A DNA stretch of 64,000 nucleotides from the NCBI RefSeq assembly GCF_018350175.1, contig NC_058368.1:20958001-21022000 (forward strand). The letters run 5' to 3'. This DNA is from Felis catus. Taxonomy: Eukaryota. Position numbers and translations under genes: made by a program. Below the pieces are notes generated by a model. The model was not told where the DNA came from and did not search any database. It worked only from the letters and a program-made list of their open reading frames with translations. This document shows, one piece after another, positions 36,034 to 46,657 of the stretch (position 1 is its first letter; the number at the start of each line of letters is the position of its first letter).

Positions 36034-36249
36034 CTTTTTTTTTTTTTTTTTAATTTTTTTTCAACGTTTATTTATTTATTTGGGACAGAGAGAGACAGAG
36101 CATGAACAGGGGAGGGGCAGAGAGAGAGGGAGACACAGAATCGGAAACAGGCTCCAGGCTCTGAGCCATCAGCCCAGAGCCCGATGCGGGGCTCGAACTC
36201 CCGGACCGCGAGATCGGACGCTTAGCCGACTGCGCCACCCAGGCGCCCC
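36034..36249 (-). mobile_element. Young feline Can-SINE with a 17-bp internal deletion
   Basis: Antisense near-consensus body. TSD caaaaccttgacttt at 36019-36033 and 36252-36266. Confidence 0.96.
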
Positions 36250-37256
36250 AACAAAACCTTGACTTTTAAGTGTCACCGTGTCTCAGCTGTACCTCTGTTT
36301 CTTGGTGACTAGAAATGGGGCTCTCTTCCATACACCACAAGGGAAAGTCCTACTGCTGAGAATCCTAACCATGGAAGGGTAGCCCCACTACGTCTCACAA
36401 CCCTCTAAGAAGACCCTGGAGGGGTACGTGGGACAGGGAGAAAAAGAAAAGCAGAGACATGGGTCACTGAGGTTTCATCCAACGGCTGCAAATGAACCAA
36501 TGCCAGAGGACGCACTTTTGCTCTCTCAGATAGGAAGGGAATTCCTGGACTGAATCCACGGAGAATTCGTTGTTGGATTTCTAGGAAAGCATCGCTGAGG
36601 GGCTGAATTATGTTCTATTAACTCAAGCTGCAGCTGTCCTGGGGGTCAACAGATCTGTCTGAGCTCATGTTACAAGTGCACACTGGTGGCCCACGGCCGG
36701 GGGCGGGTGGCACGGTGGGTGATCTTCAAAGCAGCCCAGGAGACACATGCGTCCCTGTCACCGACCACCGCCTCTCTCTTCTCCCTCATGCCCACCTCTG
36801 GGACATTGCCGACTAGGCTCCCAAATGCAGCTGTTAGGCTACACAAATGATGCAACTTCTACAATTTTCTTGAATTACCTGGACCGGGCTCATAGCACAG
36901 GGCTACACTGACAAGGGCTTTTAAGGCATAAGCACTTTCTCCCAGACGACAGCTCCTCTCCTCTCAGCAAGGAGACTTGCCCAGGTCCCTCGGGGGTCCA
37001 AACCGGGAGCTCTCCTATAGAGAGAGCTCCCCTGTTGTTTTTCCCGCTGCTAAGCGACCCTACCGCTGGCACACAAGGTTCATTCTTCCATTTGCTTTCC
37101 ACCACTTTTCTCAGCTCCCTCTTCAATATCTCTTTCTTGCCAATCCTTAACCCAACTTATTCATTTGATGACGAATTGCTCAGTTCTCATGGACTGGTAT
37201 GTGCCTTTAAAGCTCCTCAGAGGAGATCACTTGACAAATATAAAAAGGAAGCTTTT

Positions 37257-37473
37257 TATTTATTTTTTATTTTTTTAATGTGTATTTATTTTTGACAGAG
37301 AGACAGAGCACTAGCAGGGAGGGGCAGAGAGAGAGGGAGACGGTGAATCTGAAGTAGGCTCCAGGCTCCGAGCTGTCAGCAAAGAGCCAGACGCGGGGCT
37401 CGAAGTCACGAACCATGAGATCGTGACCTGAGCTGAAGTCGGATGCTTCACCGACTGAGCCACCCAGGCGCCC
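37257..37473 (-). mobile_element. Can-SINE
   Basis: Antisense body. TSD ggaagctttt at 37247-37256 and 37479-37488. Confidence 0.95.
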
Positions 37474-37565
37474 TGAATGGAAGCTTTTGAGACAAATGTT
37501 CCATTAATTGAGGCGTCAGCCATAATGATCAACAACAATAAATCCATTTCTTTTCTAGCTAATCC

Positions 37566-37576
37566 TGTGTGTGTGC

Positions 37577-37659
<83 letters not shown>
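37566..37659. repeat. Compound (TG)n(AG)n microsatellite
   Basis: Directly visible. Confidence 0.98.
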
Positions 37660-37660
<1 letters not shown>

Positions 37661-38459
37661 AATAGAGAAGCGCTGTGTTGTGTGACACCCTCTTCCTCTC
37701 TCTGCAGCATGGGCATGTGCATGTGTTTGTTTTGTTCACTGTGCAACGCCCAGCTTTCTAGGTTCCCCCAGGTCTGCTGCTCTAGTCACTGAGAAATCCA
37801 ACAAATTGGCTGGGTTAAGCTGTTTCCACCAGTTCATAAAGGGAAAGCTTTGGGCGCATTCCCAAAAGGCCGGGCATGTGACTTAAGGCAGCGAAAGGAG
37901 GCTGGCTTGCAACGCCCCCACCCCCCATGCTCAGGGTTTACTCTGTTTATTCTGTCGACCCTGTTTATCCTTTCAAGTCTGGTTTCTCAGCAGGGCAACT
38001 CATCACACTACACCCAGATTGTGGGGACACATAGACAACATCCCAAAAGAACCATAGAGCACAATCCTGCTGATTCATTCACTAAGCCATTTGTTAGCAA
38101 GCTGATTTGGGGTTTCTCTTTTCCAAATGTTCCAACACTTAAGGAATTAAAACTGCTGGCTGTTCTCATCTTTAAACAAAATATCCTAGATAATTGGGAA
38201 TTTCAAATAAGTTTCACTATTAAAGTCTCTGTCAGAAACATGTCTGTCGGTTAATGAAATATTTGGAAATCCACACCACGCAAAAGGACATGTAAAATGT
38301 TAAGGATAGAGTTAGTCAACACTCGGTAAACATTCGCCGATGCAGGGCTGGTTTCCTCAGGTTTAAAATGTATAACCAAGTGATGCATAAGTCCTGAAAT
38401 ATCATGGCACTGAATGAGAACTGGCAAGAGGCAATCAAAAAACAAAGGACATGATATAG

Positions 38460-38705
38460 CAGTGAGGCCATGGAACCAGACAGAACCAGACTCGGATTCG
38501 TTTCTGAGCTTGTTATACGGCCTGGAACAAATGGCATGTTCTCACTGAGACTCAGTGTTCTCATCTCTAAAATGGGGATCATGAGGGTCGTCCCTCAACT
38601 CAGTGGGTTGGTGTGGGGATTAAAATTCGGAAATGCTTGTGAAACACTTGACTAACCACAGTTTCTATCTCATGGTAAGCAGTTAGTAAATGAAAACTGC
38701 TAAGT
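38460..38705. mobile_element. MIR
   Basis: 'ggaaccagacagaaccagactcggattcg...ctcagtgttctcatctctaaaatggggatc'. Confidence 0.8.
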
Positions 38706-39020
38706 ACTCCTGTCTTACAGACAATGTCTTTAAAAATTGGGAATTTAATTTTAAAACTTAGGAAACAATGCAGATCTCTTTGGAAATCTCAGACTCCCAA
38801 CCCAGGTAACGGAACATCTTGGAAATCCAAACCACTTGAAACAGACTTGTTCAGATGCCAGAGACAAGGCTCCTACCCAGCTGACACTCAATAAACATTT
38901 ATTGATACTGACCATGGTTTGTTCAGGTTTAAACTAAAACGTCTGGAAGAATTACAGAATCACTTGTGGTTATTCCTGAAATATTATGATATCAGAGTAA
39001 GAATTAAAAACACCACCACC

Positions 39021-39052
<32 letters not shown>

Positions 39053-41129
39053 AAAACCCCTAGGTCCTAATTTTGCTTAAAGACTGAAATGACCCTAAAC
39101 ACACGTATCACAAGGAAAGTGGAGGTTCATAAAATTCTAAAACCAGGATTAAGAAAGAGTTCCCAGAAACAGACATTAGCCTCATGCGCTTCAGCAGAGA
39201 AATTTCTTCATTTGTCATCCCTTTGACTCCACAGAGTAAAGTCACAATGCAAGGGAGTTATCTTCGTAGTCCTTGGGTGAGACCATCAACCCTCTCCATC
39301 TAACCAAAGGGCCACCGAATTAGAGTGGAACACCAGCTGACTGAATAATTTAGAGTCACATTCAAACAGACCATCTCCCAGAGGGTAGCTCCCACACATA
39401 GACAGAGAAAACTGAGGAAGGCAGTAGTTTAAAGTTTTTCTTTTTATCAAAGAAGAGTTTGCAATGTGACAATGATTAAGCTATATGGGAGACTTTTAAC
39501 AAAGTTTACCATAGCCTTGAAAATACTCACTAAAAAGACCTAATTTGCTTTTCTAATCCTCCTTTTAGTCTCAAAATTACCACTTATCTTCATATTCTCT
39601 CTTGCGTGGCGCAAAAGAAGAAACAAAACCTACAGAATTCAATAAAGCTCTGATTAATTCAGGCTGGTCTCTCTTCTAGGTATCAGATATTACAAAGGAA
39701 GTCAACTAAGATATTACCTCCGTCCTTGAGAGTAAGTCCCTGATCTTTAGGGACACATTCTTAAAATGAGCCACTTAATCCTCACGAAATGCCAAATAAA
39801 CTGATCTCTGGAATACTTAAAATCCCACGCTCCGTGGCTGTACCGTGCAACAATAACAACAACACACACACACACAGGTAGAAAGCAAAAGGGGTCGGTT
39901 GTGTCTCTGGCTTGCTTTCCACAGTCACTAGCACTTTGCCAGTGCAGAGTAAAGCCACAATAGTAAACCCTTTGCAAGAAAGGGGCACATCTCCAAAGGA
40001 GGGAGGTTTGGCTGCAGGTGGCTATGGGAATGCAGAGTTTATGGAAATTTAGCTTGTTATTTATTTTATAATCTTTCCTGCAACCTGTGAGCTTAGCCAG
40101 CCTTCCCACTCTGACTTTTGGGAAACCCACCTTGAGGCCTTCCCAGACTCGTGGCTCAGGTTGCAGACTTCAGTTGTGATGGACAGAAGCCTAGCCGTTC
40201 TACACGTGTCAACATGGAAATGTACCTTGCCCTCGTAGTAGATTAAAATGCTCGGACACACTTACAGGGTAAATGCATCGTTGCATTGTTGACCAGTTTT
40301 CTTAAAAAAAAAAAAAAGACGGAAGAGAAGCAAAGAAAAGAAAATCATGCTATACGTATGTTTAGCAGGAAGCTGTTTCCTACCTTATCCTAATATACGG
40401 CTCGTGCTTACGCTTCTGACACAGTCAGGCTTCTCTATAGCTTGGCAACAAAAACTTCACTGAAATGAAGAAATGTGGTAATTTGCACTGGCTGTTCTGG
40501 CAGGAGAGAAGTTCAAAGTGTAATTTTTTGAAGTCATAAATACGGCTCGCATGTAAACATACCGTGAGCGTGTGGCAAGGATTTATTTAATTCATTAACG
40601 TGAAAGCAAGCAGAATGGTGGGGTTGATGCAAAGGGCATTTGAGGAACTGGATATATAAGAAAACTGAAGAAGAGACATCCAAATGAGATTCCTAGATTA
40701 CATAGAACACTGGTTAATGTCACACACGGCAATAAAAGTACAACCTGTAGGGTCATCTCTTCAATTAGATCAAAAGCACCGGCATTGCATCACTACCCAA
40801 CAAAGTTCTACCAATAAACACGTCACTTCACAGAGTCTGAGCCTTTATCAACAGCAAAGAGTTTGTTGGATAAGGCACCTTCCCTCCATGAATCTGTTGA
40901 TCCTTGGGTGGGCCTGTTAAAAAATGTTCCAGTAAGACAGGGGAAGAACATACAGCTACCCTTTTGCCTTATTTCAAGTTAATACTTTCTTGATATCAGC
41001 AAAGGGCTTTGGGGGAAAAGATGTCTCATGTAGTAAGACAACTAAGGCCTTGGGACAGAGTTTTGTAGAAATTTAAATAGACCAGCGTTGCCACTCAAAC
41101 TGATGAATCCTAAGAAATAGAGTTGGAGG

Positions 41130-41997
41130 TGAAAGCAAGCCAAGTGTCCACTGAGAAACGAATGGAATAAAATGTGGCATACACACACAATGAAATATTA
41201 TTCAGCCTTTCAAAGGAAAGAAATTCTGGGGCGCCTGGGTACCTCATTTGGTTGAGCGTCCAACTTCAGCTCAGGTCATGATCTCACAGTTCGTGAGTTC
41301 AGGCCCCATGTTGGGCTCTGTGCTGACAGCTCAGAGCCTGGAGCCTGCTTCGGATTCTGTGTCTCCCTCTCTCTCTCTCTCTGCCCCTCCATGCCCCTGC
41401 TCATGCTCTGTTTTCCCTGTCTCTCAAAAATAAATAAACATTTGGGGCACCTGGGTGGCTCAGTTGGTTGAGCATCTGACTTTGGCTCAGGTCATGATCT
41501 CACCGCTTAGAGCTTGGAGTCTGCTTCGAATTCTGTGTCTCCCTCCCTTTCTCTTCCCCTCCTCCTCCACTCATGCTGTCTTTCTCTGTCTCAAAAATAA
41601 GTAAACACTAAAAATTCTAAAAAATTTAAAAAGGAAGGAAATTCTGACATATGCTATAGAATGGATGAACCTTGAGGATATGCTCCATGAAATAAGTCAG
41701 TCACAAAAGATAAATATTTTATGACTCCACTTGTATGAGTTATCTAGAATAGTCAAATTCCTAGAAATAGAAAGTAGAATGGTGGTTACCAGGGGCTGGA
41801 AGAAAGGGGGGGATGGGGAGTTGTTGTTTAATGGGTATAGAGTTTTAGTTTTGCAAGATGGAAAAGTTCTGGCGATTGGTTATGAAACAATGAGAAGGTG
41901 CTTGACGTTACTGAACTATATACACTTAGAAATGGTCAGGAGGGTAAATTTTATGTTATGCGGTGTTTTTTTTACCACAATACAAAATAATTTTTAA
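41130..41997 (+). mobile_element. L1 (L1MA/MB-like) 3' end interrupted by a SINE dimer
   Basis: 'aagccaagtgtccactga...aatggaataaaatgtggcat...atggatgaaccttgagga...gtagaatggtggttaccagggg...ttttaccacaat'. Confidence 0.9.
41228..41630 (+). mobile_element. Tandem pair of Can-SINEs (41228-41443 and 41444-41630)
   Basis: Two SINEC heads. One TSD encloses both: aaggaaagaaattctg 41213-41228 and aaggaaggaaattctg 41631-41646. Confidence 0.93.
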
Positions 41998-42369
41998 ACA
42001 TTCCAGAGTTGGTCTCACCAAAAAAGATGTGTGTTATACGGCAAGGGATTGACTCCCACCAGAGCAAAGCCAAAAGGTGGAGTCTAGGGGACCGTCAGAA
42101 GTGCTAGATTGTGACTTAACCTACAATATGACAGCAACCAGCAACCTAGCTATGCTGGACATAAGCCCACATCGTGGAAACAATCAAGTAACGGGGCAGA
42201 GGTGGCTGCCTGAGCGGCCCATCCTGTCATGCCCGGAAAATCCAGCAGGAGCTGAGGCTGAGGTGTGCTGGCCAAAGCCCAATGTAGAGAAACCCCCCAC
42301 AGCTACAAAGAACTATCTGCCCTTTTTTTAAGGATTTGTCCTTCATTTAAAATCACACGTCTCCCCCCC

Positions 42370-42775
42370 CCCCACATTTTATAAAAATGTATTCAAATGG
42401 ATCATACACTTTAATGCAAGATGAAACAGTAGGACATTTTTAGAAGAAAATATACGAGAAAATCTATGCAACTTTTAGGTCGGCAATGAGTTTTTTGTTT
42501 TTGTTTTGTTATATAAAATTTGTCTCTTGCTAAGGTGTACAACTTGATGTTCTGATATACGTGACACATTATGAAATGATCACCCTAATCTAGCTGGTAA
42601 ATATTCCATCACCCTACATCGTGACCTTTTTCTTTTTCTTTTTCTTTTTTTTTTTTTATGGCGAGGACACTTACATTCTGCCCTCTTAGCAAGTTTCAAG
42701 TGATAATACAGTATTATTAACCAGAGCCACCACGCTGCATGTGGTGAGAAGTTATTGAGTCTGCACAACTGAAAT
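42370..42775. mobile_element. Two L1 fragments (+ ORF2 piece to about 42495; - 3' end about 42510-42775)
   Basis: 'ttcaaatggatcat...tagaagaaaatatacgagaaaatct' followed by 'aaggtgtacaacttgatg...tcttagcaagtttcaag...acaactgaaattt'. Confidence 0.7.
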
Positions 42776-43253
42776 TTTTGAATAAAAACTAAGAGGGCTC
42801 CCTACCACCACCCCTTTTAACTTCCCTTACCCCCTACTTAAGAGTTAAATGAGAAAAGGTTCAACAATGTTCACTCAACACTGGAGCTAGCTTCCTGACG
42901 GCTGAATTTGCTGCTTTTCTCAACTGTCCACACGCTTCTGTGTCAGGCCCTTGGAAAACTAGGCCTCCTGCAAAAAGTGTGAAGACTCTTTTTCTTGTGA
43001 CTTCCTCGTGGCTGGTCTACACCCTCCAGCAGAACACGAGAGCCCTCGTGTAGATTTGCCCCATACATACAACACATTTTTGCTCCCTCAAACTTGATTT
43101 AACTTCTCAGTAGAGCAATTCTGTCTTTACGTTTTTCTTTCTTCCATTTTTCCTAACAGATACTTCTAATTTTTATGGTGGATTGACATGAGGCCACGGA
43201 ACGACGATTAAGACAGAATATGAAACCCAACTGCATTTTAAAATCCAAGTCTT

Positions 43254-43487
43254 GGGGCGCCTGGGTGGCTCAGTCAGTTAAGCGACTGACTCTTGATTGT
43301 GGCTCAGTTCATGAACTCACGTTCCTGAACTCACGTTCCTGAGCCCTACATCGGGGCCTGGGATTCTCTGTCTCCCACTCTCTCTGCCCCTCCCCTGCTC
43401 ATTCTCTCTCTTCCTCTCAAAATAAATAAACTTTTAAAAATCTCTAAAAATAAATAAAATAAAATAAAATTAAATTAAATTAAATTA
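43254..43487 (+). mobile_element. Can-SINE with internal 14-bp tandem duplication and (TAAAA/TAAAT)n tail
   Basis: SINEC head. tgaactcacgttcc occurs twice at 43312-43339. Flanking tccaagtc repeat is the probable TSD. Confidence 0.92.
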
Positions 43488-44213
43488 AGTCCAAGTCCTT
43501 CACCAAGTCAGAGGACAACAGTGCCTGCCTCTGGCGGGCAGTGTCCTTCAATGCCTCACCTAATGCCCACAGCCAGAGCACTGTATCATCTGGTCATTCC
43601 GTTTTCAGCATTATAAAAACTGAGAAAATTCATTCATTTGCAAAAAACATTTGCCTAGCCCTAACACTCAACCCAATACTAAAACCAAAAACCAACAATG
43701 CCTAGAAACATTTTTTTTTTCTTCCATCATACCTTCCACTGTTAAAATGAGCATTTCCTTGGGGGGGGGGGAAGAGCACCCCCCTTGAAACAAACTGCTG
43801 TTAAAATCAAATGCTCCTTAGAGTCAAAAGAGATCATTCTCTCTGACTTAGGAGCCCTTCTTGGTATGATTTGTTTCACCATAAACTAATTCACTGAGGA
43901 TTACAGAGGCTGTAAATTGAGGTATCACTTCTAAAACCCAGACAAATCAAACACACACAAAAATGACAACTGTAGAGAGAAGGAGGCATGCAGCTTAGCA
44001 AGGCTGGCTGTTTACTATCTTGTATTTTATTTGTTTTTGTTTCTGTGTTCACAAAGACTGGCTTTTTAATAGCAGGTGTAACCCAACTCAACCCACCCAA
44101 AATTCCTGTCTTTCCAGTTCCAACTGTCCCATGGCATGGAATGACTCTAGATGGTCAGCCAAGAAAATGATTGTGGCAAGCTCAGAGAATTCTATAAAAT
44201 GTTTAATAGTTAC

Positions 44214-44457
44214 GGGGCGCCTGGGTGGCGCAGTCGGTTAAGCGTCCGACTTCAGCCAGGTCATGATCTCACGGTCCGTGAGTTCGAGCCCCGCGTCAGG
44301 CTCTGGGCTGATGGCTCAGAGCCTGGAGCCTGTTTCCGATTCTGTGTCTCCCTCTCTCTCTGCCCCTCCCCCGTTCATGCTCTGTCTCTCTCTGTCCCCA
44401 AAATAAATAAACATCGAAAAAAAAAATTTTTTTTAAAAATAAAAAAAAATTAAAAAA
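44214..44457 (+). mobile_element. Young feline Can-SINE (SINEC_Fc)
   Basis: Near-consensus body. Perfect 18-bp TSD aaaatgtttaatagttac at 44196-44213 and 44458-44475. Confidence 0.97.
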
Positions 44458-44475
44458 AAAATGTTTAATAGTTAC

Positions 44476-44487
44476 CTAACAAATTAA
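44476..44487 (-). other. Candidate 12-nt microexon TTAATTTGTTAG (open only in phase 1: x-N-L-L)
   Basis: The minus strand reads: about 100-nt pyrimidine-rich tract, ttctgac (branch-like), tgc, then ttcctccaacag|TTAATTTGTTAG|gtaact. Confidence 0.5.
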
Positions 44488-46123
44488 CTGTTGGAGGAAG
44501 CAGTCAGAATTAAATGCAAAAAGTTAATTTTGAGTGAGAGGGGAAAAAGATAAAAAAACAACATGGCAGAAAGAAAGCAAGCCAAAGGAACGGGAAGGGA
44601 GAGGAGAAGGGAGCCGGAGAGAGAAGGCAGTTATCTGCTCAAGCAGTTACAATCTAAAACTGTGGGTGCTGTAAAATATTTACTCGTCCTGAGTGCTTTC
44701 TCCTCTCCTGCCACATTGTGCCAGCTCACGGCATCTTGTAAACTCTTCCAGTTTTTATGGTCCTTTAAGTACAGATGCTCATCAGCCCAAAGGTAAACTG
44801 CAACTATTTCACAGGAAATAAACTCGGGGTATTTTTATGTGATCATTGCTCTGAGACAGCAAGGGAAGAAAAAGAAAGATCAGGACACTGACCATTTTTA
44901 AGTTTTGATCCCGGCCAAACCTCAGACCAAATCTGAGTCTGAGACTGGTCACCTTAGACCCCTTTTGATTTCCTCTCCACCAGAACATAATAACCTGACA
45001 CTTCGACAAGTCACGAGTCCAGAAGTCACTATTGGTGCAGCTTGGTGGGCTGCCTGAGATTCTCGACACCGCCCTGGGTCCCATCCGGGGAGCACAGGGG
45101 TCACTGAAAGGATTGTATTCAAACGTTATTTTGGACCTTTGGGTGTTGCAGCTATGAAGAAAAGTTTCAAAACCACACATGTACTGGGGTCCAAAAATCC
45201 CTTATGGGATACCTGAAAATAACTTTTGGAATAATGCAAATGTTGAAAGTAGCCCGAAGTGAAACTTCCATGTTTAATCAGCGGCCCAGCTGCCTGTGAA
45301 GCTGGCGCTGGGGCTGGGGGAGGAAGTAGTGGTTTCTCTTTGAAGCCTGGCTGCTCCCAGGCCAGGAGTGGCCAAGTCCGGCGACGGCGGTGGAGGGTGC
45401 GGGGTGGGAGGCTGCCTCCCCAGTCCACCCAGCCTTCTCTGGAGTGATGGAGACAAGCGAGTTGTCCTCTTGCTTCTTTCCTGAAGGCAGAAAAGAAGCA
45501 GGAAAACACGAAACACAAAAGGATGCGTTGGAAAATGTAGGGCTCTGGACTGAAACATTTTGTGGCAATTAAGTCGTAAAGAAACCAAGCTGCCTGCAGC
45601 AGAAGGAACTATGTTAACACCCAGCACACAGAGGTGGTTGAGAGTGGGTCTTTTATCTTCTGCTTTGATAAAAAGAAATTGAGATCCAAGAAATAAAAGG
45701 GAGAAGATGACCAAGCGGGACAAGCTGTCCAGTGGGTTATTTCATTTTATGTCTTTGGTAATGAAATACCAGTGGACCCAGAAAGTACACCATAATGTCT
45801 CTTCCTTCTCTTCTAAGCTAGTCTGCAGCAAGGCAGCTTGTGTCAAACTCTGCGGTCTATAGTGTGATTATAAAAGAGAACCTCCTCCCCCAAGCTGTTT
45901 CTCAGCCGAGGATTGGCTTCCTATGTCACTGAGAATGCAGAAGAGAAACTTCCATAAATACCCACCTCTCTGCTTCCAGACCATCACTTCCCTCCGGTTA
46001 CTCTGTATGAATAATCCACTCCCCCCATGGTGTGGATTCCTCTTAACCCCACTTCACCAGCAACTACTACCCATTTATCTGTTTCCCCTTTACAATAAAA
46101 CTACTTGAAAACATTGTCTATAC

Positions 46124-46657
46124 CAGTGCTGTCCAGTAGAAATATAATGAGCCACATCTGTAACCTTGATTTTTCTAGTAGCTACCTTAAATTCTTTTAC
46201 TAAAAAGGAACAAGTGAAATTAATTTTAATAATGTATTTTATTTAGGGGCACCTGGGTGGCTCAGTCGGTTAAGCATCTGACTTTGGCTCAGGTCACGAT
46301 CTCGTGGTTCATAAGTTCGAGCCCTATGTCAGGCTCTGTGCTGACAGCTCAGAGTCTGGAGTCTGCTTCGGATTCTGTATCTCCCTCTCTCTCTCTGACC
46401 CTCCCCTGCTTGCACGCTGTCTCTCTCTCTCTCTTTCAAAAATAAATAAACACTAAAAAAATAATGTATTTTATTTCACCCAACATATCCAAAAATAGTA
46501 TCTTTTCAACATGTGATTGTTATCAAATTATTGAGATATTTTATATTCCCTTTGTAATTCTCCTCTGATGCCTATGTTACCCTTATAGCACATTTCAACC
46601 CACGTTTCAAGTGCTCAATAGCCCCCTGTGTGCGGTGGCTCATACTGGACAGTGCAA
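46124..46657 (+). mobile_element. MER33 (hAT-Charlie MITE)
   Basis: Begins 'cagtgctgtccagtagaaatataatgagccacat', ends 'tttcaagtgctcaatagcc...tggacagtgca'. Internal 'gtgaaattaattttaataat' as in MER33. Confidence 0.88.
46246..46459 (+). mobile_element. Can-SINE nested in MER33
   Basis: TSD aataatgtattttattt at 46228-46244 and 46460-46476. Confidence 0.95.
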
